DNA of 50,130 nt from Anaeromyxobacter sp. (GCA_037442705.1 JBBIPT010000001.1:1-50130), one strand, 5' to 3'; positions 37,527 to 47,218 are shown, counted from the first letter of the stretch. Notes: generated from the letters alone by a model not told the origin. Program-made: numbers and translations.

Positions 37527-38741
37527 ATGAGAGGCATCGCTCGCTTGGTTTCCGTGGCCGCGTCGCTCTTCCTCGCGACGGGGGCCCTCGCGGCCGACAA
37601 GGTCTCCGACGGCGTCGTGAAGGTCGGCGTCCTCACGGACATGACCGGCTACTACTCCGACCTCGCCGGGCCGGGCTCCGTCCTCGCCGCCCAGATGGCG
37701 ATCGAGGACTTCGGCGGGAAGGTCCTCGGCAAGAAGATCGAGCTCGTCTCGGCCGATCACCAGTCCAAGGCGGACATCGCCTCGAACACCGCCCGGAAGT
37801 GGTTCGACGAGGAGAAGGTCGACGTGATCGCCGACCTCGTCTCGTCCTCCACCGCCGGCGCGGTGATGCCGATCGCCGCCGAGAAGAAGCGGATCACCCT
37901 CCTCTCCGGCCCGGCGACCACCGCCTTCACCGGCGAGAAGTGCACCGCCTACAACGTCCACTACACCTACAACAACTGGGCGCTCGCGAACGGCACCGGC
38001 CGCGAGGTCGTCCGCCAGGGCGGCGACACCTGGTTCTTCGTCACCGCCGACTACGTCTTCGGGAAGTCCCTCGAGGGGGACACGAGCGCCGTCGTCCTCG
38101 GCGCGGGCGGCAAGGTCCTCGGCTCGGCCCGGCACCCCTCGCCGGGCACGACCGACTTCTCCTCCTACCTCCTCCAGGCCCAGGCCTCCGGCGCCAAGAT
38201 CATCGGCATGGCGAACGCCGGCGGCGACACGGTGAACACGATCAAGCAGGCGAAGGAGTTCGGCGTGACGCCGAAGCAGAGCCTCGCCGGCCTCCTCGTC
38301 TTCATCACCGAGGTGCACGCCCTCGGCCTCGACCTCACGAAGGGGATGTACCTAACGACCGCCTTCTACTGGGACCGGGACGACGCCTCCCGCGCCTTCG
38401 CGAAGCGGTTCTCCGAGCGGCACAACAAGAAGATGCCCACGATGGTCCACGCGGGCGTCTACTCCGCCGTGACCCACTACCTCGCCGCCGTGAAGGCCGC
38501 CGGCACGGACGACGGGGACGCGGTGATCGCGAAGATGAAGGCGACCCCCGTGAACGACTTCTTCGCGAAGAACGGCCGGATCGGCCCCGACGGCCTCCAC
38601 CGGCACGACATGTTCCTCGCCCGCGTGAAGAGCCCCGAGGAGTCGAAGTACCCATGGGACTACTACACGATCGCGAAGACGATCCCGGCCGCCGAGGCGT
38701 TCCCGACGGTCGAGATGCAGAAGTGCCCCCTCGTGAAGTGA
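37527..38741 (+). CDS. Liv-family ABC substrate-binding protein
   Basis: Signal peptide, GVLTDM.G, ADHQ.K, TADY.FG and DFSSYLLQAQAS motifs. Confidence 0.9.
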   Translation: MRGIARLVSVAASLFLATGALAADKVSDGVVKVGVLTDMTGYYSDLAGPGSVLAAQMAIEDFGGKVLGKKIELVSADHQSKADIASNTARKWFDEEKVDVIADLVSSSTAGAVMPIAAEKKRITLLSGPATTAFTGEKCTAYNVHYTYNNWALANGTGREVVRQGGDTWFFVTADYVFGKSLEGDTSAVVLGAGGKVLGSARHPSPGTTDFSSYLLQAQASGAKIIGMANAGGDTVNTIKQAKEFGVTPKQSLAGLLVFITEVHALGLDLTKGMYLTTAFYWDRDDASRAFAKRFSERHNKKMPTMVHAGVYSAVTHYLAAVKAAGTDDGDAVIAKMKATPVNDFFAKNGRIGPDGLHRHDMFLARVKSPEESKYPWDYYTIAKTIPAAEAFPTVEMQKCPLVK

Positions 38742-38750
38742 GACGACGCC

Positions 38751-38781
38751 GGCCCGCCCCCGGGCACCCCGGGGGCGGGCC
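38751..38781. other. Intra-operon 14-bp stem-loop after the binding-protein gene (probable mRNA stabiliser)
   Basis: GGCCCGCCCCCGGG-CAC-CCCGGGGGCGGGCC with no U-tract. Confidence 0.6.
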
Positions 38782-38790
38782 CCCGCCGCC

Positions 38791-39657
38791 ATGATCCAGG
38801 CACTCTTCGGCCAGCTCCTGCTCGGGCTCATCAACGGCTCGTTCTACGCCCTGCTCTCGCTCGGGCTCGCCATCATCTTCGGGCTCCTCAACGTGGTGAA
38901 CTTCGCCCACGGGGCCCTCTACATGATGGGCGCCTTCGCCGCCTGGATGCTCGGCACCTACCTCGGGGTCGGGTACTGGTGGGCGCTCCTCCTCGCTCCG
39001 GCGGCCGTCGGGCTCGTCGGCGTCGTGGTGGAGCGGCTCCTCCTGCGCCGGCTCTACGGCCTCGACCACCTCTACGGCCTCCTCCTCACCTTCGGCCTCA
39101 CCCTCATCGCGGAGGGGCTCTTCCACCACGCCTACGGGAACTCCGGGAACGCCTACCCCGTCCCCGAGGCCCTGCAGGGGGGCGTCCGGCTCCCGTTCAT
39201 GTACCTGCCGATCTACCGGGCCTGGGTCGTGGTCGTGTCGATCGTGGTCTGCGCCGCGACCTGGTTCGTCATCGAGAAGACGAAGCTCGGGTCCTACCTG
39301 CGGGCCGGCACGGAGAACCCGCGGCTCGTCCAGGCGTTCGGCGTGAACGTCCCGCTCATGTTCACCCTCACCTACGGGTTCGGGGTCGCCCTCGCCGCCT
39401 TCGCCGGCGTCATGGCGGCGCCCATCTACCAGGTGACCCCGCTCATGGGGAGCTCCCTCATCATCGTCGTCTTCGCCGTCGTCGTGATCGGGGGGATGGG
39501 CTCCATCGCCGGCTCCATCCTCACCGGGATCGGCATCGGCCTCGTGGAGGGGTTCACGAAGTACCTCTACCCGGAGGCCTCGAACGTCGTCGTCTTCCTC
39601 GTGATGGCGGGCGTCCTCCTCGTCCGGCCGGCCGGCCTCTTCGGGAGGGAGAAGTGA
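38791..39657 (+). CDS. livH: ABC permease (LivH-like)
   Basis: YALLSLGL..IFG..VVNFAHG and RPAGLFG motifs. Confidence 0.9.
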   Translation: MIQALFGQLLLGLINGSFYALLSLGLAIIFGLLNVVNFAHGALYMMGAFAAWMLGTYLGVGYWWALLLAPAAVGLVGVVVERLLLRRLYGLDHLYGLLLTFGLTLIAEGLFHHAYGNSGNAYPVPEALQGGVRLPFMYLPIYRAWVVVVSIVVCAATWFVIEKTKLGSYLRAGTENPRLVQAFGVNVPLMFTLTYGFGVALAAFAGVMAAPIYQVTPLMGSSLIIVVFAVVVIGGMGSIAGSILTGIGIGLVEGFTKYLYPEASNVVVFLVMAGVLLVRPAGLFGREK

Positions 39658-40601
39658 GCCGCGCCCGGAACCCCGTCCTCTGGGGCTACGGCGCGATGCT
39701 CGCGCTCGGCGTCGCCGCGCCCTTCCTCGTCTACCCGGTCTTCGCGATGAACGTGCTCGTCCTCGCTCTCTTCGCGAGCGCGTTCAACCTGCTCCTCGGC
39801 TACACCGGGCTCCTCTCCTTCGGGCACGCCGCCTTCCTCGGCTCGGCCGCCTACGTGACGGGATGGGCGATCCGGGGCTGGGGCCTCCCCACCGAGGCCG
39901 GGATCCTCCTCGGCACCGCGGTCGCGACGGTCCTCGGCTTCCTCTTCGGGAGCCTCGCGATCCGCCGCTCCGGCATCTACTTCGCGATGATCACCCTCGG
40001 CTTCGCCCAGCTCGTCTACTTCCTCGTCGTCCAGATGCCCTGGACGGGCGGGGAGGACGGGCTCCAGGGCGTGCCGCGGGGGAAGGCCTTCGGGCTCGTC
40101 GGGCTCGACGATCCGTACACGATGTACTACTTCGTCTTCCTCGCCTTCCTCGGCGGCTTCTGGGTGGTCCACCGCGCGGTCCACTCGCCCTTCGGGCACG
40201 TCCTCCGGGCGATCCGCGAGAACGAGCCGCGCGCGCTCTCCCTCGGCTACGACGTCGCGCGCTACAAGCTCCTCGCCTTCGTCCTCTCCGCGGCGCTCTC
40301 CGGGCTCGCCGGCTCGCTGAAGGTCGTCGTGCTCCAGTTCGCCTCCCTCTCCGACGTCCACTGGCACCGCTCCGGAGAGGTCGTCCTCATGACGCTCCTC
40401 GGGGGGATGGGGACCGTGATCGGCCCCTCCGTCGGGGCGCTCCTCGTCGTGGCGCTCGAGAACTACCTCGCCACGGCCGGCTCCTGGGTCACGGTGATCA
40501 CCGGGGCCGTCTTCGTCACGACCGTGCTCGCCTTCCGGCGCGGGATCGTCGGGGAGATCCGCGCGCTCGCGAGGCGTTCCTTCTTCGGAGGGAAGCCATG
40601 A
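39654..40601 (+). CDS. livM: ABC permease (LivM-like)
   Basis: GLLSFGH, YFAMITL, TGGEDG and AIRENE motifs. Confidence 0.9.
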   Translation: MSRARNPVLWGYGAMLALGVAAPFLVYPVFAMNVLVLALFASAFNLLLGYTGLLSFGHAAFLGSAAYVTGWAIRGWGLPTEAGILLGTAVATVLGFLFGSLAIRRSGIYFAMITLGFAQLVYFLVVQMPWTGGEDGLQGVPRGKAFGLVGLDDPYTMYYFVFLAFLGGFWVVHRAVHSPFGHVLRAIRENEPRALSLGYDVARYKLLAFVLSAALSGLAGSLKVVVLQFASLSDVHWHRSGEVVLMTLLGGMGTVIGPSVGALLVVALENYLATAGSWVTVITGAVFVTTVLAFRRGIVGEIRALARRSFFGGKP

Positions 40602-41383
40602 GCGGCGCGCTCGACGGGAGGGTCGCCCTCGTCACCGGGGCCGCCGGCGGCATCGGCCTGGAGATCGCCGGGACGTTCGCGCGGGAGGGGGCGAAGGTGG
40701 TCCTCGCCGACATGGACGGGGCCGGCGCGGCGCGCGCCGCCGGGGAGATCGCCGCGGCCGGGGGGACGGCCTCCGGCGTCTCCTGCGACGTGACGCGCGA
40801 GGAGGAGCTCCGCGCCGCGATCGAGGGGGCGGTGAAGGACCACGGCCGGCTCGACGTCCTCGTGAACAACGCCGGGCTCCAGCACGTCGCGATGATCGAG
40901 GACTTCCCGCTCGAGAAGTTCGAGCTCCTCCTCCGGATCATGCTCGTCGCCCCGTTCCTCGCCCTGAAGCACGCCTTCCCCGGGATGAAGCGGCGGCGGT
41001 ACGGCCGCGTCGTGAACGTGGCCTCGATCAACGGGCTCGTCGGCTTCGCCGGGAAGGCCGCCTACAACAGCGCGAAGCACGGCCTCCTCGGCCTCACGAA
41101 GGTCGCCGCGCTCGAGGGAGCGCCCCACGGGATCACCGTGAACGCCCTCTGCCCCGGCTACGTGGACACCCCCCTCGTCCGGAACCAGCTCGCCGACCTC
41201 GCCCAGACGAGGAACGTGCCGCTCGAGCGGGTCCTCGAGGACGTGATCTACCCCCTGCAGCCGATCCGCCGGCTCCTCGGGGTCCGGGAGGTCGCGGACT
41301 ACGCCCTCTTCCTCGCGAGCGAGCGGGCGGGCGGGGTCACCGGGGCAGCGGCCGTGATCGACGGCGGGTACACCGCGCAGTAG
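40598..41383 (+). CDS. bdhA: 3-hydroxybutyrate dehydrogenase (SDR)
   Basis: TGAAGGIG, NNAGLQHV, KAAYNSAKHG, PGYVDTPLV and DGGYTAQ motifs. Confidence 0.9.
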   Translation: MSGALDGRVALVTGAAGGIGLEIAGTFAREGAKVVLADMDGAGAARAAGEIAAAGGTASGVSCDVTREEELRAAIEGAVKDHGRLDVLVNNAGLQHVAMIEDFPLEKFELLLRIMLVAPFLALKHAFPGMKRRRYGRVVNVASINGLVGFAGKAAYNSAKHGLLGLTKVAALEGAPHGITVNALCPGYVDTPLVRNQLADLAQTRNVPLERVLEDVIYPLQPIRRLLGVREVADYALFLASERAGGVTGAAAVIDGGYTAQ

Positions 41384-41391
41384 GCGACCCT

Positions 41392-41570
41392 CCGCTCGCC
41401 CTTCGACAGGCCCGGGGCAGGCTCAGGGCGAACGACTCCCATTCCGCCCGTTCGTGGTTCGACAGGCTCACCACGAACGGACCGGGAGCGATGCGAGCGA
41501 AGACCGCCACGAGGCGGCCGCAGCGACGTTCCGCTCGCCCTGAGCCTGTCGAAGGGCGAGCGTCGCGACT
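41392..41570. repeat. Hairpin repeat cluster A(+)/B(+)/A(-)
   Basis: Copies at 41392-41434 (with an 11-nt internal duplication), 41448-41480 and 41531-41562. Confidence 0.9.
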
Positions 41571-41595
41571 CGACCCGCCGCCGCCGAGACGAGGA

Positions 41596-41621
41596 AGGGC
41601 CGCCCTCGGACGGGCGGCCCT
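41596..41621. terminator. Stem-loop between convergent genes
   Basis: AGGGCCGCCC-TCGGAC-GGGCGGCCCT with a weak U-tract. Confidence 0.5.
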
Positions 41622-41648
41622 CCTGTGCCTCGATGATCTCCCGCCCGG

Positions 41649-42944
41649 CTACTTCGCGCCCGGCGCCCAGCCGAGGGAGACGCCGTAGATGAGCGCCGCG
41701 ATCTCGTAGGTTCCCCGGAAGGATCCGGTGGGGAGCGGGGCGCCGAGGACGGGCTCGGACCCGTTGTTCGTCGTGGTCACGTCGTCCATGAAGGCGAAGA
41801 AGATCCCCGCGTCGAGGGAGAGGCCGTTGCCGAACCTGTAGCCGGCGCCGGCGGTGACGGCCCAGGAGCTCGCGTCGGGGAGCGTCGGCGAGTAGGTGCT
41901 CTCGTCGAGGCCAGAGACGTCGCGGTGGACCCCGAGGCGGAGCTGGACGGCCGGGTTCAGGTCGTACTCGGCGCCGGCCCGGAGCGTGTAGCCGTTCCGG
42001 TACTTCCGCGGGACGGACAGCTCGGCCCCGGGCTGGCTCCCGGTGAAGGTGTCCGCGTCGTAGACGACCCAGCGGTCGAGCGTCCAGGTGAACATGAGGT
42101 TCAGCGGCTTCGCCACGCGGTAGGCGATCCCCACGTTCAGCGTGTTCGGGATGGTGAGGACCTGCTCCGCGTCCTGGTCGCTGAGGATGGGGTCGAGGGC
42201 CGAGACCGCCGGGGGGACCCCCGTCCACCTCACGTCGCCCTCGAGCGTCTGGGTCGCCTTGTGCTTGTAGTCCACCGCGATCCGGAGCGGCACGTCCGGG
42301 ATCGGGTCGATCTCGGCGGAGAGGTCGAAGGAGATCGCCCCGCCCGAGAGCTCGAGCTCGCCCTTCGCGTCGGGCGCGGCGGCGATCCCGAAGCAGGAGA
42401 GACAGAGGTTCTGGGAGAGCTTCTCGGTCGTGTAGTAGTAGACGAGCCCGCCGCCCACGCGGATCGACGGGAGGAGCTCGATCCCTCCGGTGAGGACGGT
42501 GGAGAAGACCTTACGATCCACGGTGAGGATCCGGTAGCGCCCCTCCCACCCGTCCGGCCAGAAGACCGCTCCGCCGCCGAAGGGCTGGAGGCCGAAGCCG
42601 ACGCCCCACCCGCGGCCGCCGAGGGCCTCGAGCTTCCCACCGTAGGAGACGGAGAGCGACGGGAGCGGGACGAACTTGCGGTCCATCTCCACGTCCGCCG
42701 CGGCGCCGGTCGGGTCGTTCCAGACCGTGGCGAGGTTGAGGACGCTCGACCCGAGCCGGGCGGCCGGCCCGCTCTGCCGCGCGAGCGCCGCGGGCAGGGC
42801 GAAGCTCGCCCCCGAGTCGCCCTGGGCCGCCACCGCGGCGGCCGCGAGCGAGAGGTCGCGCGGGTTCGTGTTGGGGAGCGCGTAGCCGCTCGCGAGGGCG
42901 AGCGACGGGAGCAGCGACAGTACGGTCAGGATCGTCTTGCTCAC
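41649..42944 (-). CDS. OmpP1/FadL-family outer-membrane transporter
   Basis: Signal peptide (ALA-S), N-terminal hatch-like segment, amphipathic beta-strands and PTLPD motif. Confidence 0.8.
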   Translation of the reverse strand: MSKTILTVLSLLPSLALASGYALPNTNPRDLSLAAAAVAAQGDSGASFALPAALARQSGPAARLGSSVLNLATVWNDPTGAAADVEMDRKFVPLPSLSVSYGGKLEALGGRGWGVGFGLQPFGGGAVFWPDGWEGRYRILTVDRKVFSTVLTGGIELLPSIRVGGGLVYYYTTEKLSQNLCLSCFGIAAAPDAKGELELSGGAISFDLSAEIDPIPDVPLRIAVDYKHKATQTLEGDVRWTGVPPAVSALDPILSDQDAEQVLTIPNTLNVGIAYRVAKPLNLMFTWTLDRWVVYDADTFTGSQPGAELSVPRKYRNGYTLRAGAEYDLNPAVQLRLGVHRDVSGLDESTYSPTLPDASSWAVTAGAGYRFGNGLSLDAGIFFAFMDDVTTTNNGSEPVLGAPLPTGSFRGTYEIAALIYGVSLGWAPGAK

Positions 42945-43018
42945 GGGGAGCCCTTTCACCTTGTGAGGGTCGCTTCGAGACGAACGCAGCTCGTGGGCCT
43001 TCTGCGAGCCCCCGGCGG

Positions 43019-45070
43019 TCACGGGCAGCCTCCGGTGCAGTCGATCATCCTGCGCGGGACGGTCCCCGCGGGCGTGGCCGCGTCGTACCTCGAGGGCAGG
43101 AACCCTCCGTTCGCGGCGCACACGCCGTGGACGTAGGAGCCGAGCGCCTCGTGATCCTTCACCGCGCTGCCGTCGCCGCGGCGGATGATGGCGCCGGTGG
43201 GCGTCGTCGGCTGGCCGGTCATGTCGAGGAGCGGCACGCCGAAGGTCGAGGCGAACGACGCGACGTACCAGGTCGTCACGACCGGCAGCGCGTGACTCGC
43301 CGGGTTCACGGTGCGCCCGAAGTGCGGGAACGGGAGGCTCACGTCGTAGAGCACCGTCCCGTCGTCGAGCGCCATGTAGGTGACCCAGCCCGGGCAGAGG
43401 CCGGGCGCCGGCAGGCCGCAGGTCGCCGTCTGGTCGTAGGGGGCCCGCGACATGTCGTAGCGCACGACCATGCCGGCCGGCGCGACGAAGAAGTCCCCGT
43501 CGAGGAGCGAGAACTGGAGGGTCCCCTCGAGGGCGCCGCGGAGCGCGGCCGTCGGGATGAGCGCCCGGACGAGCGGGAAGCCGGGGAGCGCGTTCGGGTC
43601 GGTGAGCGGGTTCGCCGTCGGGTCCGCGCCGAGCGGCACGACCCGGTAGAGGTCGCCGAAGGTGATCGCCCCGGTCTCGCCGGCGAGGAGGTCACCGCGG
43701 ATGGGGCCCGAGGCCTGGAGCGCGACGCGGCCGGGCTGGCCCTCCGCGAGGGCCGCGGCGAGCATCGCGTCCGCGTCGAGGTTCATCGCGTTCGTCTCGC
43801 CGGGGGCGAGCCCGATGACGTCGAACGTGGTCTGGCAGAGCTCGTAGAAGTAGAGCTCGCCGAGGACGCCCGGGTCGTCCGTCACCGGCGCGCCCAGGAT
43901 CGTGGAGAGGGTCTCCTCGAGGAAGGACGGGTAGGCCGGGACGGCCGGGTTGCCCGCCTCGAGGTAGCCCATGACCGACTGGAGCTCGCCGAGGATCTGG
44001 GCGTTCGTCGTGGGGAGGACCCGGTCGTTCACCGCGATGAAGGCGCTGCCGGCGGGGTCGAGCCACACCGGGCGGTCCGGGTCGTCGGGGAAGACGAGCT
44101 CGACCTTGCCGACCTCGCGGCCGTACGCCTTCGCCTGCACGACGGGGACGAGCTTGCCGCCCGGCCCGTGGACGAACCGCGGGGCGGGCATGCTCCGGTG
44201 GGTGTGGCCGCTCACGACGAGATCGACGCCGGAGAGGTAGCCCGCGAGCGCCTCGTCCTCGCCGACCTCCCCGCCCGCCGGGCCGATGCCGCCGTGCCCG
44301 AGGAGGATCACCGCGTCCACCGGGTTCGCCCCCGTGCGGAGCGCCGTGATCGCCGGCTGGAGCTGGGCCACGACGGAGAGGAAGCGCTGGTCGTTGTTCG
44401 CGCCGCTCCAGAAGGTCACCGGCGCGGCTCCGGCGGCCACGGTCCCCGCGGCGACGCCCATGCTCCCGACGACGCCGATCCGGATCCCGGAGGCGGTCGT
44501 GATCACGCGGGAAGGGGCGACGAGGTTCCCGGGGCCGTAGATGCCCTCGAGGGCGTCGTCGGCCGCGCTCGCCGCGCTGAAGGTCACGTTCGTGAGGACG
44601 AGGGGCGGGAGCGCGCTGCGCGTCGCGGCCGTCCCGATCGCCGCCGCGAGGGCGGCGGGGCCGAGGTCGAACTCGTGGTTGCCGAGGGAGACGGCGTCGT
44701 AGCCCATCCGGCTCATGAGGACGAGGTCGGACGAGGTCGCGAGCCACGCTGCCGAGACGAGCGTCCCCTGGGAGAAGTCGCCGGAGGAGACGGTGATCGA
44801 CTCCGCGCCGCGCGCGGCCGCGGCGGCCCGCTCCGCCTCGAGGATCGTGAAGCGCCGGGCGACGCCGCCCACGAGCGCGCCGGTCCCGGCCGTCGACGGG
44901 AGCGGCCAGTCGTCCACCTCGGGAGCGATCGCGAGGAGGTGCGAGTGCTCGTCCGTCGTGAAGAGGACGACGACCCGCTGGCCGTCGGCCTCGTCCTTGT
45001 CGGCGGTGGGGCAGCCCGCCGTGACGAGCACGAGCGCCGCAGGGAACAACCATCGAAGGGTGGATCGCAT
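43019..45070 (-). CDS. 5'-nucleotidase/metallophosphoesterase lipoprotein
   Basis: VTAGC lipobox, TDEHS, GDFSQG, GNHEFD and SGHTH motifs, plus C-terminal domain. Confidence 0.9.
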   Translation of the reverse strand: MRSTLRWLFPAALVLVTAGCPTADKDEADGQRVVVLFTTDEHSHLLAIAPEVDDWPLPSTAGTGALVGGVARRFTILEAERAAAAARGAESITVSSGDFSQGTLVSAAWLATSSDLVLMSRMGYDAVSLGNHEFDLGPAALAAAIGTAATRSALPPLVLTNVTFSAASAADDALEGIYGPGNLVAPSRVITTASGIRIGVVGSMGVAAGTVAAGAAPVTFWSGANNDQRFLSVVAQLQPAITALRTGANPVDAVILLGHGGIGPAGGEVGEDEALAGYLSGVDLVVSGHTHRSMPAPRFVHGPGGKLVPVVQAKAYGREVGKVELVFPDDPDRPVWLDPAGSAFIAVNDRVLPTTNAQILGELQSVMGYLEAGNPAVPAYPSFLEETLSTILGAPVTDDPGVLGELYFYELCQTTFDVIGLAPGETNAMNLDADAMLAAALAEGQPGRVALQASGPIRGDLLAGETGAITFGDLYRVVPLGADPTANPLTDPNALPGFPLVRALIPTAALRGALEGTLQFSLLDGDFFVAPAGMVVRYDMSRAPYDQTATCGLPAPGLCPGWVTYMALDDGTVLYDVSLPFPHFGRTVNPASHALPVVTTWYVASFASTFGVPLLDMTGQPTTPTGAIIRRGDGSAVKDHEALGSYVHGVCAANGGFLPSRYDAATPAGTVPRRMIDCTGGCP

Positions 45071-45317
45071 CCTTGCCTCCCGGTTCGAGCCTCGAAGGAG
45101 ATGTGCCGCCGGTCCCGAGTTCCGGCCCATCGCCGATGTGACCGCGCGGACCCGGCGCTCCTTTCTAACCCGGAAGGCGCGGACCGGGCGGCGGCGTCCG
45201 GCCGGCGCACCCTTTCGAGACCATTGACAGGGCTCACCGGAAGTGGCTGCCCCGCTCCTCCTCGACGGCGTGCCGGGCCCCGTGCTCTCATCCGGCCCCT
45301 CCGGAGACCCCGCGCCC

Positions 45318-46199
45318 GTGCTCGTCCGCATCCTCGAGATCATCCTCCCCGTCTTCGCGGTCGTCGGGGTGGGCTTCGTCTACGGCAGGACGGGCAAGCC
45401 GGACACGGCCGCGGCGAACCGGATGAACATGGACGTGTTCGTCCCGGCGCTCGTCCTCTCCGCCCTCACGAGCAAGGACTTCGACCTCGGCGCGAACCTC
45501 TGGCTCATCCTCGGCGGCGTGGGGGTCGTCGTGGGCTCGGGCCTCCTCGCCTGGCCCGTGGCGAGGGCGCTCCGCGCCGACGTCCGCACCTTCGTCCCGC
45601 CGATGATGTTCAACAACTGCGGGAACATGGGACTCCCCCTCGCGCTCCTCGCCTTCGGGGAGGCGCACCTGCCTTCCTCGGTTGCCCTCTTCGTGACCTC
45701 GAACCTCCTCCACTTCACCCTCGGGACCTACCTCGTCCGGCACGACGCCCACTACGGCCACCTCCTCCGGAGCCCGATGGTCATCGCGACGGTGCTCGGC
45801 GCGGCGCTCTCCGCCGCCCGGGTGACGCTCCCTCCGGTCCTCGCCCTCCCGCTCGAGATGCTCGGCGCGATCGCCGTGCCGCTCATGCTCTTCACGCTCG
45901 GCGTCCGGATGACGACGACGCCGATCGGGAGCTGGCGGATCGGGATCGCCGGCGCCGCCGTGCGGCCGCTCGTCGGCCTCGCCGTGGCGCTCCCGCTCGG
46001 GCCTCTCCTCGGGCTCGAGGGGATCCGGCTCGCGCAGCTCCTCCTCTTCGCGAGCCTGCCGCCCGCGGTCCTGAACTTCCTCGTCGCGGAGCAGTACCGG
46101 CAGGAGCCGGAGAAGGTCGCGTCCATCGTGCTCGTCGGGAACCTCGCGAGCCTCGTCTTCGTCTCGATCGGCCTCGCGCTCGCGTTCCGCGCGCTGTGA
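45318..46199 (+). CDS. AEC-family (auxin efflux carrier-like) transporter
   Basis: ILPVF, N.GNMGLPL, AVPLMLF.LG and P.AV.N motifs. Confidence 0.88.
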   Translation: MLVRILEIILPVFAVVGVGFVYGRTGKPDTAAANRMNMDVFVPALVLSALTSKDFDLGANLWLILGGVGVVVGSGLLAWPVARALRADVRTFVPPMMFNNCGNMGLPLALLAFGEAHLPSSVALFVTSNLLHFTLGTYLVRHDAHYGHLLRSPMVIATVLGAALSAARVTLPPVLALPLEMLGAIAVPLMLFTLGVRMTTTPIGSWRIGIAGAAVRPLVGLAVALPLGPLLGLEGIRLAQLLLFASLPPAVLNFLVAEQYRQEPEKVASIVLVGNLASLVFVSIGLALAFRAL

Positions 46200-46215
46200 G
46201 GGCCTGGGGCGCAGG

Positions 46216-46416
46216 GCGAACCGGCCCGACCTCCTCGCGATGCTCGCCGTCCCCTTCGGCGCGGCGGCGGTCGCCCACGGGGCGGCGCGCCTGTTCCCCG
46301 AGGTCGGCGACGTCGTGTCGTCCCTCACCCGGTTCGTCGTCGTCGTGACGGCGGTCGGGCTCGGGGCGTCCTTCACGCGGCTCCGGCGGCTCGAGGGCTC
46401 GGGCGCGAGCCGGGTC
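46216..46416 (+). pseudogene. Internal fragment of a DUF819-like membrane protein
   Basis: DLLAMLAVPFG...VVTAVGLGASFTRLRRLEGSGASR resembles the DUF819 mid-region, with no plausible N- or C-terminus. Confidence 0.5.
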
Positions 46417-46517
46417 CTCCGCGCGAGGCCGCCCGTCCCTGTGCTCCGCGACGGGCCCCGGGCGGGGCACTCGACGGATGCGCTCCGGATCGGAAGATGG
46501 GGCATCAGGAGGTCCCG

Positions 46518-46694
46518 ATGCCCCTCTACGAGTTCTACTGCCGGAAGTGCCGCAAGGCGTTCAGCGCCTCGATGAGCATCGCCGCGCACGACCGCGGCGT
46601 CGCGGCCTGCCCGAAGTGCGGAAAGAAGAAGGACGTGGAGAAGCGGATCTCCACGTTCACCGCGGTGACGAGCCGGAAGTCGGCGGGGATGTGA
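46518..46694 (+). CDS. FmdB-family zinc-ribbon protein
   Basis: MPLYEFYCRKC...CPKCG. AGGAGG RBS. Confidence 0.9.
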   Translation: MPLYEFYCRKCRKAFSASMSIAAHDRGVAACPKCGKKKDVEKRISTFTAVTSRKSAGM

Positions 46695-46723
46695 TGGCGG
46701 CAACCGTTTGCGTTGATCCGCGA

Positions 46724-46875
46724 CGTTCGTGGTTCGACAGGCTCACCACGAACGGCTTTTGCACGCGAGCGGCCCTGTTCGCAGCCGTTCGCCCTGAGCC
46801 TGTCGAAGGGCGAACGTCGCGGCTCGATGCGAGTGATCACGGCCATGATGGCCGCGATCGGCCCGATCGAGCCGC
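46724..46875. repeat. Hairpin repeat doublet B(+)/A(-) with leader motifs
   Basis: Copies at 46724-46755 and 46785-46816, then inverted and direct leader copies. Confidence 0.9.
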
Positions 46876-46897
46876 GGGCGCTCGAGGAGGGTCGTCC

Positions 46898-47218
46898 ATG
46901 ACCACGGGAAGCCGCGTCGCCGACATCGAGTGGATCGCGAGGACCGACGACGTCGGCGTCCGCGTGAACACCCTCGCCCCCGGCCAGGGCACGCCCTGGC
47001 ATCACCACTCGGTCGTCGCGGACGACCTCTTCTGCCTCGAGGATCCGGTGGAGGTGGGGCTCCGGGGGCCGGACGAGACGGTCTCGCTCCGGCCCGGACA
47101 GCGGGTGCGGATTCCGCCCGGGCGCGTGCACCGCGTGGTGAACCGGGGGGAGAGGCCGCTCCGCTACCTCCTCGTCCAGACGGGCGGGAAGTACGACTTC
47201 GTGGAGGTGGGGGGGTAG
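46898..47218 (+). CDS. Cupin domain protein
   Basis: PWHHHS...D and L.PG....IPPG.VH motifs. Confidence 0.85.
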   Translation: MTTGSRVADIEWIARTDDVGVRVNTLAPGQGTPWHHHSVVADDLFCLEDPVEVGLRGPDETVSLRPGQRVRIPPGRVHRVVNRGERPLRYLLVQTGGKYDFVEVGG

